64,000 nucleotides of DNA. Source: Iphione sp. A-MEVVRFRX5. Taxonomy: Eukaryota. The position numbers and the translations under genes were made by a program. This document shows positions 11,430 to 24,449 of this stretch, one piece after another. The notes under the pieces were generated by a model. The model was not told where the DNA came from and did no database searches. It saw only the letters and a list, made by a program, of their open reading frames with translations. The first letter of the stretch is position 1; each line of letters starts with the position of its first letter. The stretch covers positions 21,824,001-21,888,000 of the forward strand of contig OZ320313.1 of the NCBI GenBank assembly GCA_976226885.1, read 5' to 3'.

Positions 11430-12320
11430 CTAGTCATCAATGCTTTTTTTTATCACGTCACAAATTTTAAAACTGTCAAATTCACTCCTGCTGACATGAC
11501 GTATGCCTCTGTCGTCACCACTCACCAGTCTCTCCGATTCACAAGGACCATCACAGCTAGACGAATCGTCACTTTTAACACACCAGTGATTTGGCCTAGG
11601 AGTAAAGTAAACTATATCAAATTCACAGTTTGTAGGTTTTTCCTGGGATTTGTTGACACCCTTTCCCTAGTCAGTCTCTTTTTCATGTCACTTGTGTCTT
11701 AGATGCACGATTGTCGCCACAATTGTGACCAACTTCAAACGCCTAGTCATTTGAAAATACTCGCGCCTCTTCATAGCGACAACAATGAGTCAACGCTCAT
11801 ACACGGTGTTGTGTCTGTCAGAGCCATCAAAGGATGGTTTTGCTTACAGTGTTCAGACAAAAAATCAATACTCTAGTTTACATCATGTCATTTTCCAAAG
11901 AACCAGTCATCTGGGCCACCACCCTGCGAGACCTGTCCTTAATAATTTTCCCTTTGCCATTAAACCACTCCATAGAAATGGACCACTAATACAAATCACA
12001 AAGGACATTTTCATGGATACTTCTCTTGTTCCTAGAATTCTGAAACTCTTTAACCCCCTATATGCGCTCCGGGTGTGCATAGGTCCACCTTTTCCTGTTG
12101 TGGCGCTGTATGCTAGTAAATACAGCTAATTTTTCAACTGGCTTTTCACTTGATTGATTAGCCTCTGAAATGTCTTTCACACACTCTTTACATTTAATAA
12201 GTTTATCATCGGGCAATCTAAATTCCATACATTCAGAATCAATCAGCATCCCCAGGAATCTGCATGTAGAGTCTGGGGATTTAACAGCTACTGCAAAACG
12301 TAGGCAGTTGATTGTAACAA
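11430..12320 (-). mobile_element. DIRS/Ngaro-like RT-RNase H remnant (copy 2)
   Basis: VAVKSPDSTCRFLGMLIDSECMEFRLPDDKLIKCKECV (C-terminal part of ORF 12058-12549), followed by frameshifted RNase H-like text (..GDNRAS..GKGVNK..HVSR). Boundaries approximate. Confidence 0.65.
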
Positions 12321-12329
12321 TCAAACGAC

Positions 12330-12523
12330 GTCCCATCGTTTCATGTTTTCGAATGAGGAATTGCGACCACTCCAATTTGCGACCATTCTCACTAATACGA
12401 CCAGTAGAGCTGGGACCAGAAATGATCGTTTCTATAGGAATTATAATCAATTTGCGACCAAACTCACTAATACGACCACTTTTGGCTGGTCCCAAGGGCT
12501 GGTCGTAAATAGAGATTCTACTG
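12330..12523. mobile_element. Truncated Tc1/mariner-type non-autonomous element (one end only)
   Basis: Ends ggtcgtaaatagagattctactg followed by TA (12524-12525); two internal copies of aatttgcgacca..ctcactaatacgacca. No matching opposite end found. Confidence 0.4.
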
Positions 12524-13914
12524 TACTGCCATATGTACCCCATTTTCAAGGGGCTCTTTATTACGCAGGGCTTTATGCCATTTTATTTCTTATCTCGGGC
12601 AATCACCTCCTCCGAACGTTATTTCTGTCCAACGAGTTCCCCAGGTCTTAGGATCTATTTATATATTTATTTCGAATCCTACATATACACAAGCGAATAT
12701 ACATCGGCTCTTCAATAGTTTAACCGTTGTCATCTAGTGAAACTATGCTTTTACATGATGGTAATTCACAAGATTAAAAAAAATGTACTTGGAATAATGA
12801 TAACGACAAATGGAGACGAGAACATAGCGACTCCACAGGGAGGTAACAGTTTATTTAATGGGAGATCCCGCTACGTTTCTGAATAAGAAATAAGGCGCCT
12901 AACACACGTGTGCGTTTTTCTATGTGTACAAGCACGGTTGCATGGATGTATTTTACCCAACCTATACTAAACCTTAGATGTATGTGTACATGTTTTCGTC
13001 TATGTATATGCATCCCTATGCATAGATGCCCAACCTGTCCAGGATGGGTTTTCTATGCATATGGATGTGTAGTTCATAGAAAGCAATGGTGGAGAGACAT
13101 CTGGTGAACATATGGAATTAATTAAAATAGACCCTGCTGGAGGTAATCCATGTCACTGCATGTGTAGACATATTTTTCATCCAGAAGTTTTATGGACACG
13201 TGATAAGGGCCTTAGATCATTTTTCATTAGATCTCTGCAGTAAAATGGTGTCAGGTGATAATGGATTGATCCATAGTTTTATATAGTGTTGTGTGTGACC
13301 TTGTCAAGGAGCAGCTAAGGGCAAATTCTTGAGAGCACGTCATTTTAGGCTTTATCATGAATGAAGTAGGTAGGACTAGCAGAGACAGTTTCATTATCTT
13401 TCCAGAATTATAGCCAGTCATAGAAATGGCATAGTTTAGGATACACACGCCAAGCAATAAATAAGGCCTTCTAGAGCTCTACATTTTATTTGTCATGCTT
13501 GATCAATAAAAGGTACCTCACGCTATATGCATTAATGTTTCAGTCCAAATTCATCTATATGTCGATGAACATTATCATATTATTTCACTTCTCACTGCAT
13601 TTATCAAAAATATATCGAGATCTCCAATGAAATAAATAACAGGGAAAAAGTAGAAGTTGAGAATGTGGGAAGCCTTCATATAGTCCAGTCGATCAAGGAG
13701 TTATATATACAAGTTATTATAAGTGAACCTGAATTTACAATTGTAAATGCCACTTGTAAATTGGCCAGTGTATACATGTACATACATCAGGTGAAAAACA
13801 GCTGGTCGGTCCCTAACTCATGATATTATCTTCATAATTGTCATGAGAATCAAAGTTCATTGTAATATGACATGTAGTAATAACCCATTCTGGACTACAC
13901 TCATAATGTAAAAA

Positions 13915-15282
13915 TCTCGTTATGTTTCGGCCATCTTTTTGGATCTTTCAAGAGCATTTGATCTAGGCAATCACAAGCTGTTATTGTCAAAATTGGGACT
14001 ATGTGGTATCATAAAATGGTTTGGTTCATATTTATCTGGTCGAAAACAATCAGTGATTTGTAATGGGGTAAGGGCACAGCTGAAGGATGTTTCGACAGGT
14101 GTCCCTCAGGGCCCTTGGTTATTTTTAATCATGATTAATGATGTTGAAAGGGTAGCCTTTCTCTCCAGGATCTTCCTATATGCAGATGACATTACAATCT
14201 ATGTATGGGGAGCGAATGCATTGGCCCTTTCACTGAAGGCAAACCATGCACTTGGGCAAATATCTGCCTGGTGTGATTTGAATGGGTTAGTATTAAATCT
14301 TACTAATAGTAAATATATGAACTTTGAAAGGGCCATCATGTTCAATTTGGATCTGAGGCTAAAGGGGGTTAAATTGGAGATGGTGAGGGAATTTAATTAT
14401 CTGGGTCTATGGTTGGATGATTGTTTAACCTTTGCTAGATTAATTGATAATGTCATAAAGAAAGTGTCAGCTAGGGTGTATTTATTAAGAGAAGACAGCC
14501 TTTATTAGATAAGAGAATAATGTTAATGGTTTTCAATGCATTTGTGATTCCATATTTCAATTTAGGACTGCACATTTTACTTGGAGCCTCAGATTCAAAG
14601 TTGGATCCCCTTCGAAGATGAATAGCTGTGAAGAAATGTTTCCTATCTATGGACAGTTAAACTGATCAGGTAATGAGGTGGATGATGGCATATCATATTA
14701 TGGATGTTGATCAGAGAGTTAGATACTTTTCGTCTATTTGCTTATATGACTTAGATGCACTGAGATTTTGTACACTTGAGCACAGGCGTCCTACATGAGC
14801 AGGGGGTAATATGATCCTCACAGTGGACTGTCCACTAATCAATTGTTATTTGAAAAGTTTTGTATACACTGGTACCTTAAAGCGGAATGGTCTTCCTCTG
14901 GAATGGAGATCTGGGGACAGAAAAGTGTTCAAAAAGAGAGTGTTTTCTATTTGTTCTAGAAGTGTCATTGATCGGAACTGATGCTATTGATTGTATTCTG
15001 GGTCTGTTTATTTGCTCAGCTGACTTGGATTAGTTGTGTATCTGTTGTACATAGCTTTAAGGTTGAGAGCTCGATAGGTGTTCCTAAAGCTAGTATCCTC
15101 TAATTGTGTTTTTGTGTTATTTGTGTTACTTCTTTCTTGCTATTTTGTGTATGAGCTGTGTTTAATGTGTAAAGTACATTGTCTTTTTTTCATTTTTTAT
15201 GTATGAGCGACCTGCGAAAATCTTTCAATAGGGAGACAACAATATTTTTGCTCAATAAACAGCTGAAGTTGAAGTTGAAGTT
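13915..15282 (+). mobile_element. 5'-truncated CR1/L2-clade LINE (RT domain, 3' UTR, tandem tail)
   Basis: FLDLSRAFD, GVPQG-PWLFLIMIND, LYADD, YLGLWLDDCLTF motifs; frameshift after about 14500; AATAAA at 15254-15259 followed by a (TGAAGT)3 tail at 15264-15282. Confidence 0.9.
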
Positions 15283-15882
15283 AAAGTATTGATAGAACTA
15301 TAGCCTATAGCCTACAGGGATCTTTTTAACCGAATAAATATCTCATTAGTTCACTGATATGCACACTGAGTATACATTGCATTCATGACTTGCAAGCAAG
15401 TGAGTTACGCCTGAAGGTGGACAAAATTCCTGAATGTTTAAATCAAATAGCAATTTATTCATGTGAGCTGTGGCAGTTATATGTAATATCCGCTAAGTTT
15501 GCCTTTTAGAGATTTTAACCACATTTGTCAACGGAAAAACCATGAAAATGTAATACAAAAGTCTTTTAAACCAGTACATATGGTACTCTGAGTGCGTATG
15601 TTTTATATATGACCCACAATTTTAATTAGAGTTTGGGCCTACTCTCAATATACTGTTATATTTACGTGTCCTCTCAAAATGCCTAAGGCCATCCTATGAA
15701 AATCAGCTTGGCGTTTTTCAGGGTATTCTAGGATTTGAATGGTAAGGTTTCAGTAAATAATGACAGGACATGTATAGGAAAAGTGGCTTCGCCTATCTCT
15801 GTATATGTAAAATAGTCGTATACTGAGGAGATATCATCGCAATGGGAGACAAAAGATCTTCAGAGTTCAACCACTCGAAAGC

Positions 15883-16033
15883 GTCATCTTCATGGGATAC
15901 ATTTCTGTTGATCATTGATTATTTTTCCTATCAATTTGTTTCGATAAGATAAAAATTCACGTCATTTTCATGGGATACATTTCTGTTCATCATTGACAAT
16001 TTTTCCTATCAATTTGTTTCGATAAGATAAAAA
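15883..16033. repeat. 78-bp tandem duplication (about 2 copies)
   Basis: gtcatcttcatgggatacatttctgtt...gataagataaaaa starts at 15883 and again at 15961. Confidence 0.9.
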
Positions 16034-18128
16034 GTCAATGTTCACAATGTAGCAAATTTTGATGTACTTTTTTTATCGAACAGGACTTTGTTCTTTTGAT
16101 ATCGCAAAGGACCATTCCGATTTGTGTGGAGCAGTAATTGACAATTCGCCATGAGAATGGGGAGGAAAACACAAAATTTGCTTGTGTATTGGGTGAATTG
16201 TGAGGTGGATAACGTGTCATGGTATTATCGGCTCCGGTCAATATGGATGAATAATCAGTTGTTTATATGGCCATTCAATGACAGTCAAGGTTTCTTTATA
16301 TGGGGAGAATTTCCTGTATTGTTTTCCTACATTACTTTTGGCTGTTAGTCCTACCGTAAGGTTTAGCTGTTGTAAAGCACCGAGGATGTTTCCTTGATGG
16401 CGATGAGGTGGCTCATTTTTCTCAACCTATGTCATACAACCTATGATTAAAGTTATTATCTGTCTAAAAATGAATGTAATAACAGCAGGCGTCCGGTGGT
16501 CACACCATAATAGCTTTAACGACTACCATTAGCAGCAGACCATGACACTGCACACATCATGTGGACATGAGGAGTCTGAACTCAAAGGGTATCGTGATGA
16601 CTCACCAAAAGCAAGTTGTATAAATGTCAACGCAATGGTAAGGGCAGAGTGTTTACTTTATCCAGTCGCCTACAAAATGTTGACTATATTTACACAGAGG
16701 ATCAGACCAGCTACGTTCAACTACAGTGTTCAAATTACCAACGATGTTGGTATCTTGGATATTGGCAGCGCCTATGAAATGTAATGGCTGCTTCATATCT
16801 CACTGTGAGAGCAGTCTCTCGGCTGTATATACTGTTAGAGTAGGCAGGCTTACCATTGGTAAGTTGTAACTGGCCTTTCTGAGTGCTACATTGGTATGGG
16901 TTAGAGTATGGCTACTTACTCAGCCAACTATTCACTTATAGCATTGTCATGGCCTTGGTCGGTGACTGGCTGCTGGCCTTTCTAAGAGGTACAGTAGATT
17001 CACTAGATTTGTTCCATTTCTGTTCTACCCATTTAACCAACTGTTCACTTGCAGCATTGCCATGATGGATCACCTTGCCCTTCTATTGATATATATATAT
17101 CATAGGTCCATTGTTCTTAATTTAAGTACTTTTTGATCATTGAAACATCTGTGCTGGAGAAACAGTCATGATAAACCTAAGATTGAAAGACAGCAACCAG
17201 TAAGGAACTTCTATATTCTCAACAAGAAAGGAATCAACCAGAATGACAGTGTCTCGCTGCGGAGGTCGCTAAAGCTAACTGGTGTTACTGAACTATTTTG
17301 ATTTATTATTGGCAGTGATTTTAGACGGAACAGTTAACAACTTACCTTTATTACAATAATTGTTACATCAGCAAAACATCACCCTTTCTTTTCCAGCTTA
17401 GATGAAAACACTTGATCACTTTCTCTCTTTTCTCTATTGTGTATTTTATCCAGTGGTGAAGTTTTGCTTATAACATACACCTATGGAATTGCAGTCAAAA
17501 TGCTGCAATTTGTTACAGACATCAACACATCATTGTGTAAAGTCAACTTATTAAAGAAGGGAGTATACACCCTTGCAGGGGTGGATCTGGGTCATGTTCA
17601 GTGTACCTCATCCGAACTCTTCCAGAAACAGGGCTGGCTTAGGAAGAGGTCAGTATCATCCCTTCTCAGAAAAGGAGGTGGGTGGTAAGGAAAGATGACA
17701 GAAGGACATCGGAGTTTCAGGATTTTCTAGAGTCATAAAGTTATTGGGGTTCCAAGAGGTGCACTAAATGCACTCAGTGAAAACCCACAAGAAGAATTTT
17801 GATAAACCCACAGCCATGACCATAGTGATAACCGAACATCCTGGTCAATCAATATAAATACTGGAAGGTTTTTGGAATAGAATCAGATTCACATCCAGTT
17901 CTGAGCTGACTTCACTGCATTATTCTCAAAGAAAACAATAGCCGAATCTCCAGTCTATATGCTAATGGCTATATAGAGTTGAAGAATTAAGTAGTTATAC
18001 TGTTCTGACACCAAGCAGAAGTTCTGAATTTTACAATATGGACATAGTAATCCTGATAGAGAAGGTACGTTTAACTTCCTTGATTTTGCTTGCCCTTTGG
18101 CAGTAAGTCCCCTTTCTATGTTCTTCTG

Positions 18129-18242
18129 CAGGCCCGTAGCCAGGAAGTCTTGTGGGGGGTATCTCAAATCAGAGAGGTGGAACTCCTAGCTAGAGAGGTT
18201 AGAGAGATGGAACTCCTGACTAGAGAGGTCTTCCTTCCTGTG

Positions 18243-18278
<36 letters not shown>

Positions 18279-18563
18279 TCACCCTCTTTCTCATGATACT
18301 CCCTTGACACAGGGGGGCAGGGAGTACCTTATAACACTTCACCAAGAATTGAAAGCACTTATAACACTCACAGAATAGCTAGATAACACTTCACCAAGAA
18401 TTGATTTAATAACGCTTCACCCTGATTTTGAGGCACAAATCACGCTTCACCAAAATAAGTGTTCCCACCCATCTTGACTATAGGCCTAGAGAGGTGGAAC
18501 TCCTGGCTCCTGTGGGGGGTATCAGATGATACCCCCGATACCCCCTTGGCTACAACAAGCCTG
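18129..18563. mobile_element. hAT-like MITE, 435 bp, 5-bp TSD, internal (TC)n
   Basis: Termini caggcccgtagccagg ... ccccttggctacaacaagcctg; TTCTG at 18124-18128 and 18564-18568; internal agagaggtggaactcct repeats. Confidence 0.75.
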
Positions 18564-20249
18564 TTCTGTATCTGTGAGTTACTAGCCGCCAGCCTGGTGA
18601 ACAGTGCCGTCGTAATTATGAGGGGTGCGTGTACGGGGATAGGGTCCGCTTAGGATTGCGGTGGGGTCAATGTCAATGCTGTCCGTCTAAGGTAAATAAC
18701 AGTGTAAATAGTGTCCTATTTACACACTGGTGGGGTAATAGGACTGTAACACCCTTCTTTGTATCTTAGGCCAACTGATGACACGAGCTGTAGATACTTC
18801 TTCTGCTTCGTTGTGAGAACGGGTTTGGTGGGTTTGGAAAGGGACAAAGGAGAGTAGAATCTACCGGGCGAAAATACAGCGTACGTCAGCCCCATTTGCA
18901 GACCAGCAGCCCCTTTCGAAGAAGGCTCTTAAATGGGGATAGCTCCCTCACCATGCTGAGACTGAAAATGAACTGATATTATTCTCCGACTGATAAATGG
19001 TGATTGGTTACTAAATATTCAGTTACCGTTGGATTGAAGTAGTAGGTACAGGTTGGCTTATCTCTGCTAACTCATGATGGTTGTCGTAAAAACGATGTAT
19101 TCTTTCATAACTGTCAGGCAAATGCTCACTGAACCTTGATGATTGGCTAGACAAAAATAGCAGAGTTCAACAGTACAGAGTTCTTTGGACCACGTTATGT
19201 GAACCATCTGAACTTTCACCTATATGAGTTATCTATACACGAGTCGACCCTTATTATCTAAGCTAAATGTTTTATTTCGGATGGACACGAATTTTATCTG
19301 ATGTGCGACGTGTAATCTAGAGGATATCAATTATTACATTTGTGGATAAGTAGCATATCAGTCTGATATTGAGACGCGAAATACATGACATCTCTTGGCG
19401 ACAAGATGTATCGAACGATAAGCTGCACACCGGAGGGGAAACGATATCGTCTCTTTTTCCGAGTAAAGAAATTTGTTTCAACTGCAAGCTGTCAATTGAC
19501 CCATAGCTTAGGGCTTGGGCAAAGTCTATCGCTCCCTTGTTTCTGATTATATTTTGCAGCTATTTAAAATAAACCACAGTGATGTTGAATTCATTGTGTC
19601 CCTCAAACAGAGATCAAATGCCCTGAGATGCTGTCGAGATCTCTGTACACTTCCTACGTCAATTCTGAGCAAGACCCCACCCACCTCAACTAAAAGACAC
19701 AGTCAAAATATTTATCACTGGCCTTAAATCCCTTCCCATCACAGAATACCTTGTTATTGAGTCATGCAATCAACCATCAAACTTCTTTGCAAACCATTTA
19801 TTTAAGGAAAATAACAATTGAATCGTGTGTGTACTGCAGCTCCTATATTCCAAGCTTTTAAGGAGCATATAGAAATATAATATTTTAGACATTGATGTGT
19901 CAGGAGTTCATTTTCGTACATTCTTGTACTGATTGGTGTCAGTAAATTGAAAATTTCCCCCATAAAAGCGAAAAATGTCGGAGAAGATTCCAGTCTTTGC
20001 CTTGACTAAGCTTATCACCTTTAAGACAAGTTCACCCGGAACGCCTGGCCAACTTCATCAGTATGGGAGGACCTGCTGACATGTTTTCATATCATAGGAA
20101 AGTATCAAGGAAGGGAGAACCCGATCGTCACAGGACCATCGCTCAAAGTCCTCAGGAGTATCTCACTTTCACGTCATCATCACGTTCATACCATGCACCT
20201 ATCACCTCCTACTACATCGACCCCTGGATGGAAATGTTCTTGTTCCATT

Positions 20250-21700
20250 CAAGGCTTTACTAGGCATGACGAAGGCGATAAATCACGTGTATGTGTGTGT
20301 GTGGAGGAAGGCAGGCTAAAATAAACTGATATCCGTCATGATATCCTCAGGTGTGGCTTGGGCAAGGAAAACTTCTCTAAATCATTTAGGGTTGGTCCAG
20401 AATTTGATGAGCTGGGAGATCTAGTCGATGGGCCAGATCAGGACGTGCCGCTTATATCGATGTTTTGGCGACATTCGTTTCAACATGCATTTGAGCCGAT
20501 TTTTATGACTGTGCTGCAAAAGTATACACTCTGGTTAGTGCATCAAAGATATAACATCATATATTACAATGATACATAGATCTCCTGTATATTTGTCTTG
20601 GCTCAGCGATATATCATTGGGTTCAGCACGCATCAGTTGTTACGCCATATGTGGAGTATCAACTTGTCACAAGTGTCACTACATGACTGGAAGATGAGCC
20701 AGCAAGGTCTGCCCTCACCAAGGTTAAAATGTACCCGTTTAGCGTGTAGCATGTTCTCACGGCCATGAAGATAATGTCACACTGTGTTCACCAAAAAGTA
20801 ATGGAACTAGCATGGACGGTTCTATAACCCTAGTATATTAGCATAGTTCCCACTCGAAACATGTATACACAGCATTGAAAACAATGAGAAATGGGATATG
20901 TTCTATTTCAAAATCATGCTGAATGGAGACACACAACATGCTACTAGCGACATGCTGCAAATATGCATGGATACATCCATGCTGTTATCCCCTGTTCCCA
21001 CAATGAATACATGCTGACATGAAACACAGAGACATGGATCCATAATTTTACCACCTAGACAAGGTTGTCCAGCCTGAGCTTCAAGACTTGCCCATTGGAT
21101 ACCATCCTAATGACACCAGCAAGTCCCCTACCCTTTGGATCGACTTCCCGGGCAGAATTGTACTAGCTATTCTAAGCTATTAAGGGCATCTAGTTCTTTG
21201 CACCACGGCTTCAGTAGGATGCCATCAATGCGGCAGCGTTTACCCCACAGATGCTGGTGCATTTCATGGTCCCGGGTGCAATGTCATCCTATGTCCTGAG
21301 GACTTTTCGCTACATGCGTCATATCTCCAAAATGGAGGGTGGGAAGTACCCCCTGGCCCTACTTACAGCGGGCGCCTCTTGCACTTATATAATTACAGAA
21401 GGGACCCCAACAAACAGCAAGAGCCCTGATTAGTAAGTGTTGATAGGATATCTATGATTGGTGGAGTAAGGGGATGTAATGCAACAAAAGTGTCCTCAGG
21501 TTGGAGTGATGGGCAACCGGGGGATGCTGCTTAGCAAATGGAACATATAAGTTTGTAGCCAGTTCGTGCTTAACTTTAGATTGGCATGTGGAAGCTATAG
21601 GGGAGTATACATATCAGAGCACTAGGTGAATAGTGTGCTTTTGTGAACATACCTCTTGTGGCGTAATTAGAGTAAGCTGCAGTGGTGGTTCTCTCTACTG
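20250..21700 (-). mobile_element. Highly decayed Ty3/Gypsy pol remnant (RNase H then integrase)
   Basis: Scattered remnants in Gypsy order: NLKLSTNWLQTYMFHL (RNase H end), NGQVLKL, NGYILTLV, LSQDKYTGDL and RLKCMLKRMSPK (integrase core). Many stops and frameshifts; no LTRs seen. Confidence 0.45.
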
Positions 21701-21874
21701 GCAGAGGTCACGACCCTGTCTTACCGGTTTCTACGTATCTGGGGTAGGGGGTCCTTTGGTTTCGAACGAATAACACACAGAGATGTTTAGCTCCATCAAG
21801 AAACAGATAACTTGAAATATGTAATTAAATAGAATCGCTTCCACGCCCATTATCACACATATTGTCTCTAGCAA

Positions 21875-22190
21875 GGCATAATAAAAGACTGACCCCATAT
21901 TAGAGCCAATTATTTTAATTTGTTTTGAATAGCTTTAGAATGAATAATGACAGAGGTATGTTCTATACAACTAATTTTTCCTTCGGTTACTAGCTGTCAT
22001 TTTACAGCTTCAAGTTTTACAACTTTCAAGTTTTAATAAAATCTAACCAGTATAAGCGACATTACCATACACATCTGTTGCTTTCAGGATCCTTTAACAT
22101 TGAAAAAAAAGAAAAACACAAAAAAATGTGACCTACTGACCATGCATTTTTTTTAGCTTGTTACTGGAACACAGAACCCTTTTTGAGGCC
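21875..22190. mobile_element. Harbinger-type MITE (degenerate copy)
   Basis: Right end ttagcttgttactggaacacagaacccttttttgaggcc matches the 46289 family; left end ggcataataaaag; flanks caa/taa. Confidence 0.6.
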
Positions 22191-24449
22191 TAATTGTAAA
22201 GTAGGACTCATAATGGGGTACACATACTATTAACAGAACCCTAGAGCCCATCCACTTCTAATTTCTCAGAAGAGAATCTTGCAGGCGCAGGTAGCAGACC
22301 TGGTGCTTCCTGAGTGAGGGTAATCAACACTAGCTTCCACCATCTACTTTCAGTTTACCACTCTCCTTCGGCTAAACCCACTGTAGTGAACCTCGACCCA
22401 CTCCATCCGGTAACTTGTAGCTCGGGAAGAGATATCACCTTGACTGCAGAGTGCATCTCAGTTTTAGAATCAAATGGTCAAAGGTGCTGCTGAACAAAGG
22501 TATATCCCTCCATACTTCCGGTGCAGCGAGGATATTAGACGATCCAGCCCGCGCATGCGCTCGGGATATTCCGCTCATATTGCTTCACTCACCGCCAGAA
22601 CTAGCCTCATCTCCTACCATGATCTATCTGCAGTTCCGTTGGCATATCCCAGGAGGTGATGGGTTCAAGTACAAGAGAGCCCACGTACAGACTACGTCCT
22701 ACGTAGAGGGGACTATGGACCAGGCACAGCTGCTTCTTACCTTCCTGATGTCCCCAGGAGAAGACTTTACCAAAGCACAAAGCAAGTAACCAGGGTAAAC
22801 ATCTCTAACAATAAGACCCATCTCTAACAACAATAATTATAAGTTGAGTGTTTTAGCATTGAAAAGGCCTATGAATCAAGCAGCTTGTCTATGCTGGATA
22901 CATGTGTCAGGTATGCTTCTCAGTGGGCGGAGTCAACAGCTGAAAAGCGATCGGTGAATTACATTCTGCGGGAATATGATTAACATCTGTGGCTTAAAGA
23001 ATACATGTATACATGTATGTACATGTATACAGACATTAGAAATGAGTGGCGTCACTGCTTGGAGAGCAGTTATTTTGCAGAGATTATTTTGGAATGAATT
23101 ACAAGTAGATATTACATGAAGTTTGTGGGAATTCGGGAAATGCTAGTTTAAATTTGCTGATGAAAGTCCCTGTATGAACCAAGCATTCCTCAGTGGTCTA
23201 TCCACTGGAGATATCGAGCGGCATCAAATGACTATTTATGGGCGAACGCTGAAAGGGCTGACAACTGCTTGCACAACACCCCCAGTAAACATTACGCCTT
23301 TGAACTTTTCCCTCCAAAGCGACCAAGAGTACGTCAGATCACACTAGTCTCAACACTAATCAAGTAACTATTAATAGATCCAAACCCCGGGTGCTTTAAT
23401 AAGGCGTTGGGAGCATCCGTGCGAATGCCAACCACCCGGTGAAAATGAGTCACGTGCCTTGTAGTTCCAGTCACATATATAAAGGGACGAACTACGGAGC
23501 TCTGCCCACCTGTGCTCGACGGCTGGGAGCTGAAACACGCCTTGTCAAGTCTCATCGCAAGGTCCAGCAGCCAGTGCTTCCCCCCTCCCGGGTCCCAAAT
23601 AGAGGACGAACTTTTATCACCGCAAAGGAACGGGACGTTCGTAGGAACAGCACCCTTAAGGTTGGTAGGTTGTGACTGGGATTGCATTCTTTCCCCACCG
23701 ATATTTTCTTTTTTCATAATTCATTGTGTCGCGATTGCACTTTGTACCTTTATATACGCGGTTGCAGGCGTCAATACATCAAGCTACTTCACAATCATTT
23801 CTCAACGCTTTGTGTTGTATAATTCATTTTGTCGATGACAAGATTGCACACAAGGAAAATCAGAGAATCTGCATAAGCAGTAGAATATAAGCAACCGATT
23901 GTATAGACAAGAAGGTCCACTCAGTAGTGAAATAGGATGGAAGACATAGGAAATAAACGGAGCTATCCAGTTAGATAGTGCAGTTTAATTTGTCAGTATT
24001 ACAGAATGCAAAATACACAGCATATACTGGGTTAAAGGTTTTAAGGTTTAAGGCCATAGTTAATGAGGGTAGGAACACCCTGGTATTTATAGCTAATTAG
24101 GTTTGAGCGAGGGCTTGATGTCGTTTACATTCAAATTAAAGCTATATACATTGTATTATATTCTAAATCTGGATCTTCATTATCCTTCAACCAACGTGAT
24201 CCCCATCATCCTGAGAATTACAGCAAATCAAACTACAGCGCAGCAACACAAAACATTTTTGATCTCGTGCCCAATCCCTGCCATAGGATACACGGGCAAC
24301 CCCAAAGTGTGAGACGCTATGATCTATTGTGATCTATTGTGTCTTTCCAAGATGGTGAGACGGGCAATTTTTAGGAGGGTGAGTTCACAAATATATGCTT
24401 CCCTGTCCCTAACTGTAACCTTAAAAGTAGTAGTGGTATTTCTTCGCGG

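Noticed and set aside
12376-12478. Spaced direct repeats here and in the 34498 and 47117 arrays, as possible CRISPR
   Set aside because: Only two copies, or contiguous tandem units without unique spacers; eukaryotic context and no cas genes.
12058-12549. 163-aa ORF as a gene
   Set aside because: Chimeric: the N-terminal half is read from a non-autonomous element's repeats and the C-terminal half from a DIRS RT remnant.
18700-18729. Hairpin cagtgtaaatag-tgtc-ctatttacacactg as a Helitron 3' end
   Set aside because: No CTRR terminus at the expected distance and no 5' TC end or Rep/helicase remnant.
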